Shown here: positions 36,343 to 49,342 of the stretch, piece by piece | Layout of the letters: each line of letters starts with the position of its first letter | Numbering within the stretch: the stretch's first letter is position 1 | DNA from: Epiperipatus broadwayi | Taxonomy: Eukaryota > Animalia > Onychophora | Length of the DNA: 64,000 bases | Direction of reading: 5' to 3' | Assembly: GCA_028023455.1 (NCBI GenBank) | Contig: JAQFVV010000007.1 | Span: 1,860,001 to 1,924,000, forward strand | Notes under the pieces: generated by a model | Databases searched by the model: none | Seen by the model: the letters and a program-made list of their open reading frames with translations, nothing else | Told to the model about the DNA's origin: nothing | Program-made: the position numbers and the translations under genes

Positions 36343-36402
36343 GCCTAACACGTTTTGGGCGCCAGATATAACGATATTATGGCCCCACAGTTGATAGCAC
36401 CA
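36343..36402 (-). promoter_or_regulatory. Two tandem tRNA-Lys(CUU)-like PBS motifs of B
   Basis: Minus TGGTGCTATCAACTGTGGGGC (36402-36382, 2 nt from the LTR) and TGGCGCCCAAAACGTGTTAGGC (36364-36343). Confidence 0.65.
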
Positions 36403-36404
36403 GA

Positions 36405-37623
36405 TGTAATGGTATGGTGTTATATACCCGGATGTTCCGGCCTACAGATACATTTGAACACACACAGATCAACTCTAACAATCAGCTAGTTCTTCCATAA
36501 TCTATACCAACTTACTTCCAATCTAACAGTGCTGGTGCACTTGTCTGCCATATCCCAAAGTTGGTAGTGCCCCATGGAACAAACCAGTCCATCCACATAT
36601 ATAGGCGAAAGAGAGCAAGCTCGCATCTAACTACTGTCGGACCTAGGGTCTTCATGTAGGATGTTAGAGATAAAATGATGAAACACCTGACTCATGATTA
36701 CATCCATTTTCAATAAACCAGCCTAAGCATAATCCATCAAATCTACATGCAATCCAAATCAGTTCATCTCACATCTCACCACTCTTTTCCAAAACCGTTG
36801 CCTCAGATATTCGAACTCAGGAAGAATTCCCATTTGACTCTCTTAACAGGTATGTATCTATGCATACTCTTAATCAATGACTAAAATAATATATCCTATC
36901 TATTAAACAAAATATAACCCATATTTAATGATCTCTCCCATGCTTATTAAGCAATAATGTGTATGTGTGTATGTGTAAAACATAGGTTATAAGATGTGTT
37001 CAATTGAATATAAATGCTGGTTCAACAAAACTACAGAGATCTTGTTAATCTATAAAACTTTATAATATTTATTTACAAATAAAAATAGGATATATTTAAA
37101 CATAAATTCTTAAACAATTTAGAAAAGCAAAAAAAATTTCTATATAGAAAAATATTTAAAAAAATCTCAATAAAAAGATATATATATATATATAAAATGA
37201 TGCCAATAAATTACTTGGATACCTCTATGGATTTAGAGTTTCTATGTCTATTATGATAATAATAAAAAAAAGATTAGTTCACAATGAGACTGCCAACTCT
37301 AAGTAAATTTAACTGCAACCTCAGATATAATAATCGTGAAAAAATATAATGATAACACAACACAGAATATGATAGAACATAAGATAAAGAATACTATTTA
37401 AAAGAAAAATGTTAGTCATTTATTCAATTTATCTTAAGAAATATTAGTAACATATATATAATTAGTTGTGACATGTGATACATATTTTATATCAGTGGCT
37501 TTTAAAAAAAAATAATAATAAAAAAATATCTTACCGTAAAATAGTTTAGTAAAGCACTTAATTGTTTGTGCATATTTCTATCTCACATCTGTCAGTAGAA
37601 AGTAAATCTAAATTTTAGTTTCA
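36405..37623 (-). repeat. B 5' LTR
   Basis: TGTAATGGT...GTTTCA; the right end is ambiguous by about 10 nt. Confidence 0.85.
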
Positions 37624-40600
37624 AAACATTTTATTAATGGATTACATTGTATATATTAGGTATTTAGATACATATTGTTTTAAAGGTCAATAGTTTTGAG
37701 TGATGAGTCTTTTGGTGCTGAGGTTTATAAATCAATTTGATCTGTAACTTATGTTTTGGATAGTTTTGGTATTTGGAACAATTTCCAGGTTTAATCATAT
37801 AGAAATTTTGATGAGAGTACTAAGTCTTTATTTCTAATTTTGTTGATGAGGTTGATAAATGTGAGGTCTGGATTAGGAGGTGGAGAGGTGAAAACTGTCT
37901 TGCATCGAACACTCCAGATGGTGTGAGTCAGAAAAATAGATAGTCTAATAATTGGGAAGTGTCTACTCTGAATGGAGTCTTTTATTGAGAGTATTTTATA
38001 ATAGTCAATCTTTGAACCGTGAAAAATGAGCATCCTTATGTTTGTAAGACCGGTACATGATTTTATAATATGGTCAAAGGTTTCTTCTTGTGTTTTGCAG
38101 ATTGGACATATAGGGTCCACTTTGTTTAGAAATCTTTTATAATGTAAAAAATAGTTGGTATGTATGGCACCTAGGTTGACCTTAATCAAGAATGTTAGAA
38201 ATTTGGGTTCCAACTTTAAAAATTTGAATAAAGAGGTGATTCTGTAGTTGTTGATTCCTATTGTGGGTTTTATATTGTTGATGGTTGGATTTAATATTAG
38301 GTGCACTTCCCAGATGGTGATTTTGAAGATAAAGGTTTTATTGGAGATGTTTTGATGCCGTTTGATATATTGAAATATTTTATCAAGCCAGCATATTTTT
38401 TGAGGAGGTGGTGTGTCAGTTGGTTGTACTGTTTCAGATGTGATTATGGTGCCATGTTTTAATATTAGGTTACGTATTAGTGTGTGGGATTTTTGATAAT
38501 TTAAAGAGAGGATTGAATGCAATGACATGCCATTTACCTTGCATTGGAGTTGCATTTTTGTCATGCTAATGGAGTTTATGTTTTCTTTCCATAATAGTTT
38601 AGAACATTGTTTATTTATTTTTCTGATGAATGATTTTGTTATAGTCATTACAGCGAGGTAGTAAGCAATTTTAGATATAACCTTCATATTAAGAAGAGCA
38701 ACTTTTCCCTGCAATGAAAGATATACTTTGGACAGTGTCTGAACAATTTGGGTTGTAGAGGTAAGACATGAGTTGATGCTTGAGACTTATGTATGGGGAA
38801 TCCTAGGAATTCTTGGGGTTCAGCCAGAAATTTAGAGTTAATCTTTTTTCCTGTTGAGATTCTCCAAGAGGCTGATTTATTAGGATTGAACTTTAGTTGT
38901 GAGTCATTAGAGAATTTATCTAGTATATGGTAAAGGGATGGCAGATGTTTTTGTGAAGGTAGTATGACAAGGACGTCATCCATATAAGAAAATAGCTTTA
39001 TGAATTTTTTAAGTCGTGGAATGTAAACTCCAGGCATCGCATTTTCAATCTCTCTTAACAGTGGGTTTAAATAACAAATGAATAATAAGGCACTTAATGG
39101 TGATCCTTGAGGTATAGAAATATTGGGTGAGAAGCCATTAGTATATGATCCATTTAGAGTAATATGTATTTGATGGTTGTATAGTAAGTTTTCAATTATA
39201 CGGATGATTTGAAACGGAATGATAAGACTGTTCAAAATTGATAAAAGTGTGTTGATGTTGATTGAATCAAATGCTTCTGTTATGTCCAATTGAATTGCAA
39301 TTGGTTTAGATAATCGGTTTGATCTGATGTGGTCTAACACAGTTTTCACCTCCCCAATTGCCGTAAGCGCTGAAGAGCCTTTTCTAGCATATTGATAGTG
39401 AGATACATTGTCTAGCACTTTTTGTTGTATTTTTTCCTTAATGACTCCCTCTATAACTTTGATTAGGATAGGGGTCATTGAGATGGGTCTAATATTGTTA
39501 ATGTTGGTGGGATCTCTGTTTTTCTTTAGAAAAGGCACCAGCGCTACAGGATAAAGGTCTTTTATTTCTCTTCTGCTTATAGATAAGTGGTTAATCATGT
39601 TCATTAAAATTGGTATTGTGAATGAGCTAAGGTGTATGATTAAGAATTTTGGGATGGCATGCATCCCAGGATGTACATTGTCAGATAAGGCATTAAGACG
39701 GTTTTTCAGATCTGTTGGTGTTATTCCATGATTTTCTAGATTGGATGGTATGATTCAGTCATCATTGGTTGTTTGTGTATTATTTTGTAGGTGATTCTTG
39801 AAATATAATCCTATGTGATTAATCATTTGATGTCCTGTTATGTGATTACCATCAATGTTAAGAGAATTTGGAGTTGTTTTTTTTTGAGCTCCCAAGGCCC
39901 ATCTCAGGTAGCCCTTGGTCCAGCAATGCTGAGCTGTAAGGAAGTTTTGAGCTCTTTTTGTGGAGATGTATTCTGCAATGGCTAATTGTTTCTTCTTATA
40001 TCTTAGTTTGAGTGATAGTAGTTGATTTATGTGTTGAGGATCAGTTGAGCAAGCTATAATTTTTTTATTTATCTGGTCAAGCTCAGTGATTAGTGTGGAA
40101 GGGCCTTTGTTGCTTCTGGTGTGATGTGCTATTAGAGATTGCAAAATGCCAACAAAGGCAAACCAAGCTTCCTCTGGATGAATGTTTAGGATGTTTATTT
40201 TAAAAAAGAGTACGTAAGCCTCGGATATAATGGCTTCAGTGGAGGTAGCTTTTGTTAGCATTCTTATTGATTGGTTTAGAGTATAAGGAATAGAATTGTT
40301 AACTTCTATTGAAGCTATTATTGCATGATGGTCTGAGAATGCGACTGGTTGTAGATTAGTTTCAAGATCATGATGTAGTTCAGTGGTGTAAAACATCAGA
40401 TCTATAAGAGTTTTATATCGTTTGTTGTAAAAGAAGTATGCATCTTGTGGGAAGAATCCTCTCCCATTAATAAAACCCCTGGTGAGAAGATGTAGGTACT
40501 TTTTTGTGAAAATGTCATATGAGATATTAAAATCTTCTAGAATAATAGCTGGAGCATTGTTGTTTGTTGTCAGCATATTAATTGTGTTTATTATACGCAG

Positions 40601-41177
40601 ATACGTAGTTTGGCAATTTGGAGAATAAATATAGAAGGCATTTATATTGCTAGTGCTGTAGGTAAGGTTTAGACATATTAGATTCTTATCCTGGTATGTT
40701 ATCTTAAATTTGTTAGAGGGAAATCTGTTGTTTATTAATACACCTACACCCTCAGATGCAGCATAATTGGTTGTTAGTTGTGTGTAGCCAAGTTTATTTA
40801 GCTCTGCAAGAATATAGTTGTTGGAATTATGGTGAAATTTAGTTTCTCCCATAAACATAATGTGTGGAGATATGGAAGAGAACCAATGTTTAATGGCAGC
40901 AATCCGCATAGGTGAATTGATGCCCTTTATATTAATTGCTGCAATTTTACATGAAATTCTAGACATGGGTTGTTTTTTGGCTAGAATCTACCGCTTGCTT
41001 ATTGATTGATTGTTGTTGTATAAGCTTATTTGAATTATTATTGATTATTTGCAGATTATTGTTAGAGATTGGGGTTAAAATCACTAACTCTTTATCAGGT
41101 GATTTAATATTGGTTTGAGTTAGTAGATTAGATGGAATGGAATTATAGATTTTGGGAGATGATTTAAGATGGTGTTC
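37624..41177 (-). mobile_element. L1/Tx1-clade non-LTR retrotransposon, 5'-truncated in ORF1
   Basis: ORF2 pieces on minus; AATAAA near 37631-37636; 41177-40970 reads as an N/Q/S-rich ORF1 tail; abuts the B LTR on the left and D LTR sequence on the right. Confidence 0.85.
37791..40966 (-). pseudogene. L1/Tx1 ORF2: APE endonuclease, RT, C-terminal zinc finger
   Basis: INIKG..MGETK..GVG..IYSPN..EDFN..IDL..FSDH; RPISM, IPQGSPLSALLF, YMDD; CPICKTQEETFDHIIKSC. Three ORFs separated by stops or frameshifts. Confidence 0.93.
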
Positions 41178-42339
41178 ATATAGCTGGACTGTGGTGCTTG
41201 AATTGGAATGAAGGTGAGTTCTTTTTAGTGGCTTATGGCATCTTCTATTTGTTATAAGCTTGTTAGGACAATGTTGGTTGTTGTCTCGGCCTTGGGTGGA
41301 TCAAACTTTGATGTTCCATCATGGGAAAGGCAGCCAATTTTTGCCTGTCTAGCAGGACATGGCAAAATTAAACAATTTTTAACTTGGATAGTAACAGCTC
41401 TTCAAAAGAAAAATGGAGTTCTTTCTCCCTTAAAATATAACCTATTTATACATTTTCACCTACCAAGCCTTAACACCTTTTGGAATTTCGTTTGCCTCAG
41501 GACTAATTGACTTTTAATTAAACAAAATCATATAATCTGATTTTCTACTACTGATAATGTGTCTGAGGTGATATATTTAATTTACTTAAAAAATTTAATT
41601 TAAATATATAATTTTGATTCCAATTTCATTAATTAAATTCCTTTTTTTAGGTGTTATAAATTTTTAAGGCCTAGCAGATAGTAATGGTATTCTGATTTAA
41701 TGATAAAGTCTTTCATTGCAAATAAATTTAATCAGTAAACTAGATTTTACTTTTTACCTCACAGATGCAGTCACTAATTGATTTCTTATTTACAACAAAA
41801 TTCTCATTTTTAATTATAAACCAATGATTTTTATTTTAACATGATATAAATAATTTTTAACAGATTTGTGTTTACAAAAAAAAACAAATTGGACAGATTT
41901 AAAAAAAATACGTTAGTTTCAGTTATATCTATAAAACATTAAATCAGGCTGTAAGCATATTTTAAAGAAAACATTTTATACTATTTTTATTTAATCTTAA
42001 TTATATATAAATCATTATGCCAATATTCCATGGTTTAAATTATCCATCCATATACAAATATAATACAAATGTGAAATTAAGAATTGACTGATACATTAAT
42101 AAAACATTTTATAACAAATTATGAGTATTTACTATGCTATAATTTTATCAATCCTGTCTAATTATAGCGTACTTTCATATGTAAATGGATGATGCCATTC
42201 AAGCGGCCATGATAGCACATTTTACTGCTCGACTTATCTATATCATTTTGACATTTAAAATAGGTTCAAAACTAGTTCAGACAAATAGGTTATTAGGTTA
42301 ATGGTGAAACAGAAAGTGGACTGGGAGGTTTCTGTTTCA
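41178..42339 (-). repeat. D 3' LTR, U3/R fragment
   Basis: Aligns with 47814-48975; right terminus CTGTTTCA (TGAAACAG on minus); preceded on minus by GAGTTTATGGATA, like the E purine tract; minus-strand TATAAATAG at 41442-41450. Confidence 0.85.
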
Positions 42340-43067
42340 TATCCATAAACTCGTGAAAACAAAAAAAAAACAAAAAAAAAATTTTTTTTAGTACAATCCC
42401 ACACTGAAGTTGTTAGAGAATATAGTTAGTGCATCTAACAATTTATCAATACATATAATGAAATTATCGGCTATTAATGAATATTTTTAACTTAAACAGA
42501 TATATACCCAAACGAGTATACATCTTGGTCAAAATAATGGATATTAGTTTTTTTGTATTTTTTGCATATATATAAAATATAAAGCATGTAATATATAAAG
42601 GGTATATAAAAAGGTCAAATCCTCACAAGAAAACTAACACTTTAATTGGGATGTGGGTGTTGCTTTAAGAATAACTCCATGCCAGGGCTGAAACAGCATC
42701 CCAACAGATCATTATCATTTATCCAACCATCTTCTTTATACTCCTCTACCCACCTGAAAAGAGGTCACTTGGGGTGCATTGCCAGACTTCATGCGAATTC
42801 ACTGCCTTCATATGGTATTTCATTTTTCAGATCAAGGTTTTTGACTTCAAACTTCAGTTCCTGTTCTGCAACAGATAATTCACTACTATTCTCTATAGGA
42901 GTTTTTTTGCATGGGGTGTCTAGATGCTTTATCTTACTTATATTTCTCACATTTACCATTGCTTGCATAAATTTTACATTTTTTTTCTTTTCAATGGTCT
43001 TTTCTCTAGTAAGTCCTTTCCCCCATTCCTTGCTTTGAATTTACATCACTTGGGATTCATTTTTTTC

Positions 43068-44874
43068 CTACCCAATTTGTTCTTCATACAGGGAAAATGT
43101 GCTATTTTCATAATCAATCTGGCACTTATGTTCACTTAAAAAGTCATTTCCTATGACCAGGTCATATATTAAATTAGCCATAACTAAAAAGGTATGGCCA
43201 AGAGTTGTTTGACCACACACTAATTCCAGCCAGACTTGTTCCCTTTCTGTCATGGTCTTTCAGCCATCTGCCAGCATTATTGCCATTTCTTTGATTGGCA
43301 GTGTCGGCATATCAGGTAATTGTTTTTTACCTCTGTCAGCCTTCCTTTGGCTATGAAGGATATCTGGCTACCTGTATCCAACAATGCATGTATTTCGACA
43401 TTACCATCACTAACACGCACTATAGGGCATGGTTTGTTTTGGTTTCCTGCTATGGTTTTATCTACATCAACTATCACAGATACAATAGATTCTGTTTTTA
43501 CTATGTCCCCTGCTTCATCTCTGGGACTCTGGTAGGAGGAACTAATGGGTTTCCCTGTAGTTTAATGATTCTGGTTGCCTATATAGTTCCTTTGCTCTAG
43601 TCTGATCATGTGACTCCTATCTTGATGACTTGGGGTATGTTTGGCTGCACCCCATCATCAACTGTTGTATTTTAGAAGGCATATTTTGCTGGATGATTCT
43701 GATCATTTGGGTATCTGTGAATGGAAAAGCCATCAAAGATCTGAGAGAAGCGATCTGTCTTAAAAAAATTGAGTACAGGTCTCTTTGACTACAGACTTAT
43801 AAGTTTCCCTGAGGATTAAGTGGTATATACTTTCCTGATGTTCCTCACTCCAAAACATTTTATGCATGGCTGAACACTATTGGTCGAAGTTTTGTGGCTT
43901 CTCTGTGCAGCAATCCCACCATGACTTAGCATATCCATATAAATGATGTATAGCAAGCACCACTTGGTTAGCTGTTTGGACTTTCTGAAAACAGAAGAAT
44001 TCTTATAGACTTTTTAGATGGGATTTTGGGTTTTTTCCCACTTCTCTTTTGAAAGACTTGTATAAATTTTGCCAGGCCTATGGGTGTACTGCCTGATGAG
44101 GCTATCGATCCGATTGTATCAGAGCTCCCTGCTTCTTGTATGAAATTTAATTCCTTCCTGTCTTTGATTATAGTACTTTTCTGATTGACTTTGGCTTCCC
44201 CCTCATTAAAATTATTTTTAATATCATCTATTGTCTCACCAACAACTTTTTTATTTCTGCTACATCTCTTCTCAACTCTTGAATATACGTTGTGATAACG
44301 TTTTCTTCTCTGGAAGCCATTTGATTTTTTTTGCATTAAATTTTCTTTGATTTCACATATTTCATTTCTAATTTCCTTTTGAGATTCTTCATACTCTTGA
44401 AATTTGCTGCCTAATTCTACCCCAACTTTATAGACTTTATCTATCAAACCCTTTTTTTGACACTCTACCTTCTCTACTAAGGCCTTAACTTCTTCTTTAA
44501 TTATAACCCTATCTTTATTATTTTCCACTTGACTTTGCAGTAATGTTTCATTGAATTCTCCCTTAACTTTTTCTTATTTATGCTGGCAGCTGATTGATAG
44601 TCTCTGTAAACCATGGTCAACTTGTCTTCCAAGCACATATCTCTTTCTGTCATCTCTTGCCTAAATTCTTTGACTAGGGCCTCAAATCTTTGCTCCATTT
44701 TCTGATCCCTTTTTCAGTTCTTTCCTCCACATCTGGTCTGTATCTTTCATCCCTTTCTTTCACATCCTGTCTAACCTGTCTCAGCAACCAATCTAAATCC
44801 CAGCCTTCCTGCTTAATCTCCTTTCCTACTTCTATCTCTTCCCCATTGCTCATTACTTCTGTTTCTCTGCTCAT
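43068..44874 (-). pseudogene. gag: D gag and aspartic protease remnant
   Basis: Coiled-coil ORFs 44874-43968; capsid-like GYAKSWWDCCTEKP..FWSEE; protease HALLDTGSQISFI and GHTFLVMANLIYDLVIGNDFL..IDY. Confidence 0.85.
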
Positions 44875-45842
44875 TCTGTTATCCTGTCTAATCCTTTCAA
44901 ATAATTTTTTTCTTTTACCTAATAAATATTTGATTTTTATTTGACTTTATTACACTTCTAATACTTCTATTTGCTGCTCTCCCCCTTCAGGAATGACCCA
45001 TTCACTTCCGTCCCAGCTCCATACCTAACTCACTAATATATCTATAAGCTAACACCTTCATCTTGATGCCCATCCAACATATAATGACATAAAAAAACCT
45101 TTCATCTCCCTCCTTTTTTTTATTTAATAAAGTATATGAAAAAAAATTTTTTCAAAAAAAAATCCCTTTTTTTTTTTTTTAGATTTAATAAAGTATATAA
45201 AAATTTTAAAAAATCTTATATATATATATATCTAAAGTATAACACATAATATTTTAATATTAAAATGAATTAATAAAAACTTAATTCACTCCCAGTCTCT
45301 TCTTACAGCTGTTTTTTATGATATACTTATATATAGCTCATGCTTATGACCTAATTCCATTTACTCCTCTGCACCAATTTTAAACCTTTAACTTTTGGTT
45401 AATTTGATCTTACTTTTATATATATATATATATATATATTTACTCATTCTAAACCACTTCAATTTATAAAATACTTTGATAAAACAATGAGACCTCCCCT
45501 TTTCTATTAATCTAAATTTTTTTTCTCCACTCCCTGATGACAAATTTATAAGAGGATGACATAACTTGTTCAATCATCCTCAGGCACCAGTCACCAGTGA
45601 GCAGGAAAGACACAACATATTTAATAAAATTTATATCTATTTTTGTTGCTGTTATATACACATAAAATCCATTACTCAGACTATGTAGGTTTTATATCGA
45701 AGCCTCATGATTGGGCATCCAAACATGGGAAAAAAATCTTACACATGTACATTATTTATTTTTATTCAAAAGAGAGGAGAAAAAACATTCTATATGTTAA
45801 ACATTATTCAGGGTATTGCAGGGGGTGGAAATAATTAACAAA

Positions 45843-45862
45843 GCCCCACAACTAGGCATCCA
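45843..45862 (-). promoter_or_regulatory. PBS of D, tRNA-Lys(CUU)-like; second copy at 45702-45721
   Basis: Minus TGGATGCCTAGTTGTGGGGC, 19 nt from the LTR end; second copy TGGATGCCCAATCATGAGGC. Confidence 0.65.
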
Positions 45863-45881
45863 AATGTGAAAAAAAACCCTA

Positions 45882-47081
45882 TGTACAGGTCAAAACATGT
45901 TTATCCATCTAACACAAGCTGGAACTCACAAACAGTACTTCAAACCCAGACAAGCCTAAGATTTAGGGCAGGGTTCAGCCTGAATTTGAATCCATTCTCC
46001 AAGCCCCAGATCAACACCTAATGGATAACATAACAATGATGGCACACAAGAATTAATTCTTAAATCTGGACCACTAGCAAAGTGAAGAAAACAATGAGAC
46101 TCATGAACTTAAACATATATATTAAGAAATTTAAATACTAGATACATTCCCATGATAAAGTCTAATATATTTAATTACTAGGGGCTTTACTAATGAATAG
46201 CTATGATCAATTAATGAATTTGATTGATTTAATAATGAGACAGAAACTGATATAAGATGAATTAGTAATATATTTACTGACAATTACATATATATCTTGA
46301 TATAACCCATAATTTAGCATTGGATAATGCATGCAGGCATTTTATTTATTAAGAAACATTACTCAAGGCAATTGTACAAACAATAATTGATGCTTCAGTT
46401 AAATAAATTTGCGGTTATTATTTAATAAAGCTAAATAGTATGCTGTATAATAAATCACTATATTCCACTTATTAGTTATGCCATTTCATGATCAATTCGA
46501 GTGGCTATTATACATGTAATCAAATCAAGTCTGGAGAGAAGCTTAATAATACATCTGATTAGGACAAATTTATATATTAATTATGGGCATATAAAGCATC
46601 CCAGATAGCTTTAGATTGAATGGATTTTTAAGAATGATTCGGTTCAATGCCAAAGACTGCATATTAGGAAGGTAGAGTTGGCTATAAAGATTTTACTAAT
46701 ACACTATGCCCACATAAAATATAGTAATTAAGTTGCTTTGTGGATGGATGAATAGTTTTTAGGGTCTTTGTGACCAACACCAGTTTTACTCAATGACCAA
46801 TCATCATGCTGCTAAAAAAGAACCTTGATTTGGTTCATAGAGGGTGGGGGCATATGTACTAATCTGGCCCTTAGCTCAGTCTTAGCTACTGCACTACCCA
46901 TAACAGAGGAAGATGGGCTGGACTTAACAGCACAATGATAAAATATTGATAAATTTCACATCCGCCAAGTGGAAGTATATTATAAATTAAATACCATACA
47001 TTATTTGAACACTAGTTTATCAGCCTGGTCAAAAGAGCCAACTCTTCTGTAGCATGAGAAATACATATATGCTACTGATGG

Positions 47082-47116
<35 letters not shown>

Positions 47117-48975
47117 ATCAGTAGCATCTATGGGATATATAAAGGATAAAGTAAAGTTTATATATATATATATATATATATAAACTTTACTTTATCCCAT
47201 TCAATCTCTTAGTTATCTATAATTAATAAATTCTTAAGCGGGGAAAAGTAAATTTAAGAGATTTACAAATACTTTAATAAGACAATATACTTATGATTAC
47301 ACTTCAGGCTAGTTTAATTCTTAGCAACATAATAATTAAAGGTTGCAAATTTTGATTTATAAGCCACATTTTATATTTACATGAATTAATTTACAAATGA
47401 CAAAATAACAATGAGCACAAAAGGGTCACCATTTTTTATAAAAAAGGGTTTCAAAACAGCATGCTAAATGATGCTATGATTAATAACAATACAAAGATTT
47501 TAAATAATATATCTTCAAAGAAAACATATTTTGTAACTAAATGTACACTGTTTCAAGACATAGGCATAATTAATAATAATTAATATAAGCAAAAGAAAGG
47601 TAAATATACTTGTAGTGATTAAGTTATATAGCAAAACATTAAATTAATAAAGAAATTTAGCAAAAGTAGGTCATTTATAATATTCAAATATTATATAACA
47701 ATTTAGACAGAGTTTACTTTAATAGGGTTAGCTATCCTGATTTTGAAGAAATAATGATCATTTTCGATTTGACACACAGCTCTGTGATTTTTAATTGATA
47801 TTAAAAAGGTCCTATATAGCTGGACTGAGGTACTTGAATTGGAATGAAGGTGAGTTTTTTTTAGTGGTTAATGGCATCTTCTATTTGTTATAAGCTTGTT
47901 AGAACAACGGCTGTTGCTTCGGCCTTGGGTGGATCAAACTTCGACGTTCCATCACCAGTAAGGCAGAAAATTATTGCCTGTCTAGCAGGACATGGCAAAA
48001 TTAAATAATTTTTAGCTTGGATAGTAACAGCTCTTCAAAAGAAAACTGAAGTTCTTTCCCACTTAAAATATAGCCTATTTATACATTTTCACCTACCAAG
48101 CCTTAACACCTTTTGGAATTTTGTTTGCCTCAGGACAAATTGACTTGTAATCAAAAAAAATCATATAATCTGATTTTTTACTACTGATAATGTCTCCAAA
48201 GTGATATATTTCAATTACTTAAAAAATTTAATTTAATTATATAATTTTGATTCTGATTTCATTAATTAAATTTTTTTTTTTAGGTGTAATAAATTTTTAA
48301 GGCCTAGCAGATAGTAATGGTATTCTGATTTAATGATAAAGTCTTTTGTTGCAAACAAATTCAATCAGTAAACTAGATTTTACTTTTTACCCCACAGGTG
48401 CGGTCACTACTTGATTTCTTATTTACCACAAAATTCTCATTTTTAATTATAAACCGATGATTTTATTTTGACTTGATATAAATAACTTTTAATATGTATA
48501 TTTTTACAAAAAAAACAACAAATTGGACAGATTTAAAAAAAATACTTTAGTTTCAATTATATTTATAAACATTAAATCAGAAAATGATAAGCATATTTTA
48601 AAGAAATCATTTTATACTATTTCTATTTAATCTTAAATATATATAAATCATTATGCCATTATTCCATGGTTTAAATTATCCATCCACATAGTAATATAAT
48701 ACAAATGTAAAATTAAGAATTGACTGATACCTTAATAAAACATTTTATAACAAATTATGAGTATTTACTATGATATAATTTTATCAATCTTGTCTAAATA
48801 TAGTATACTTTTGTATGTAAATGGATGATGCCATTCAAGTGGCCATGATAGCACATTTTACCACTCGACTTATCTATAACATTTTGACATTTAAAATAGT
48901 TTCAAAACTAGTTCAGATGAGTAGGTCATTAGGTTGATGGTGAAACAGCAGGTGGACTGGGAGGTTTCAATTTCA
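45882..48975 (-). repeat. D 5' LTR (about 3.1 kb)
   Basis: Left end TGTACAGG, right end TTTCA; both ends are shared with the two D 3' LTR fragments; minus TATAAATAG at 48075-48083. Confidence 0.8.
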
Positions 48976-48979
48976 ATAT

Positions 48980-49300
48980 GTAGATCATTTTAATAGATTT
49001 CATAATCCATCATTAATATTAGTGGTTCACTTAGTTATATGTGTGTATATCTGACCAAATCAGTGTTAAGTTAGTTATTTTATGAGTCTTCTTCTACTTT
49101 GGGTAACTGCCGTACCATGGTTAAATCAAATGTCTGTGTAACTTTGGATGTTATCCATAAGGCATTAGATCATTGAGCAAAGGTGAAATGATTGAATGTT
49201 GTCAGGATTGTGGATCGCAGCATCCAGATTTGGTCAGATTTAGTGTATTTTAACTGTGTTCTAGTTCTTCTTATGTGGAGGGACAATTCTTATCATTACA
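48980..49300 (+). repeat. E 5' LTR, right (U5) part
   Basis: Follows the second ATAT (48976-48979); TTATCCATAAGGCATTAGATC and TCAGGATTG resemble the U5 ends of A and D; ends TTACA, then a T-rich spacer and a PBS-like motif. Cannot be cross-checked because the 3' LTR is interrupted. Confidence 0.6.
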
Positions 49301-49322
49301 TAGGTTTTTTTCTTTTGGGTTC

Positions 49323-49342
49323 TGGTGCCACAACTTACAGGC
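49323..49342 (+). promoter_or_regulatory. Primer-binding site of E, tRNA-Lys(CUU)-like (degenerate)
   Basis: TGGTGCCACAACTTACAGGC versus canonical TGGCGCCCAACGTGGGGC; followed by TTCAAATAGCATACCCACAC, similar to TTCGAAATAAACACCCACAT after the A' PBS. Confidence 0.55.

Larger units (their letters stand above)
19870..37623 (-). mobile_element. Element B: Ty3/Gypsy LTR retrotransposon, LTR-gag-pol-LTR
   Basis: Near-identical direct repeats 19870-21160 and 36405-about 37623 (TG...CA); PPT at 21161-21180; PBS next to 36405; gag-PR-RT-RH-IN order on minus. No matching TSD. Confidence 0.88.
10345..48975 (-). mobile_element. Element D: Gypsy-type element with gag and protease but no RT/IN, nested in the E 5' LTR
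   Basis: TG at 10345 (TGCACCAGT) and CA at 48975 (TTTCA), flanked by ATAT at 10341-10344 and 48976-48979. LTR pieces 10345-10582 and 41178-42339 match 45882-46120 and 47814-48975. Confidence 0.8.

Noticed and set aside
41178-41510. L1 ORF1 captured in both D LTRs
   Set aside because: All minus frames have stops; the segment holds the LTR TATA box and an R-like region and is shared with 47814-48140, so it is LTR sequence.
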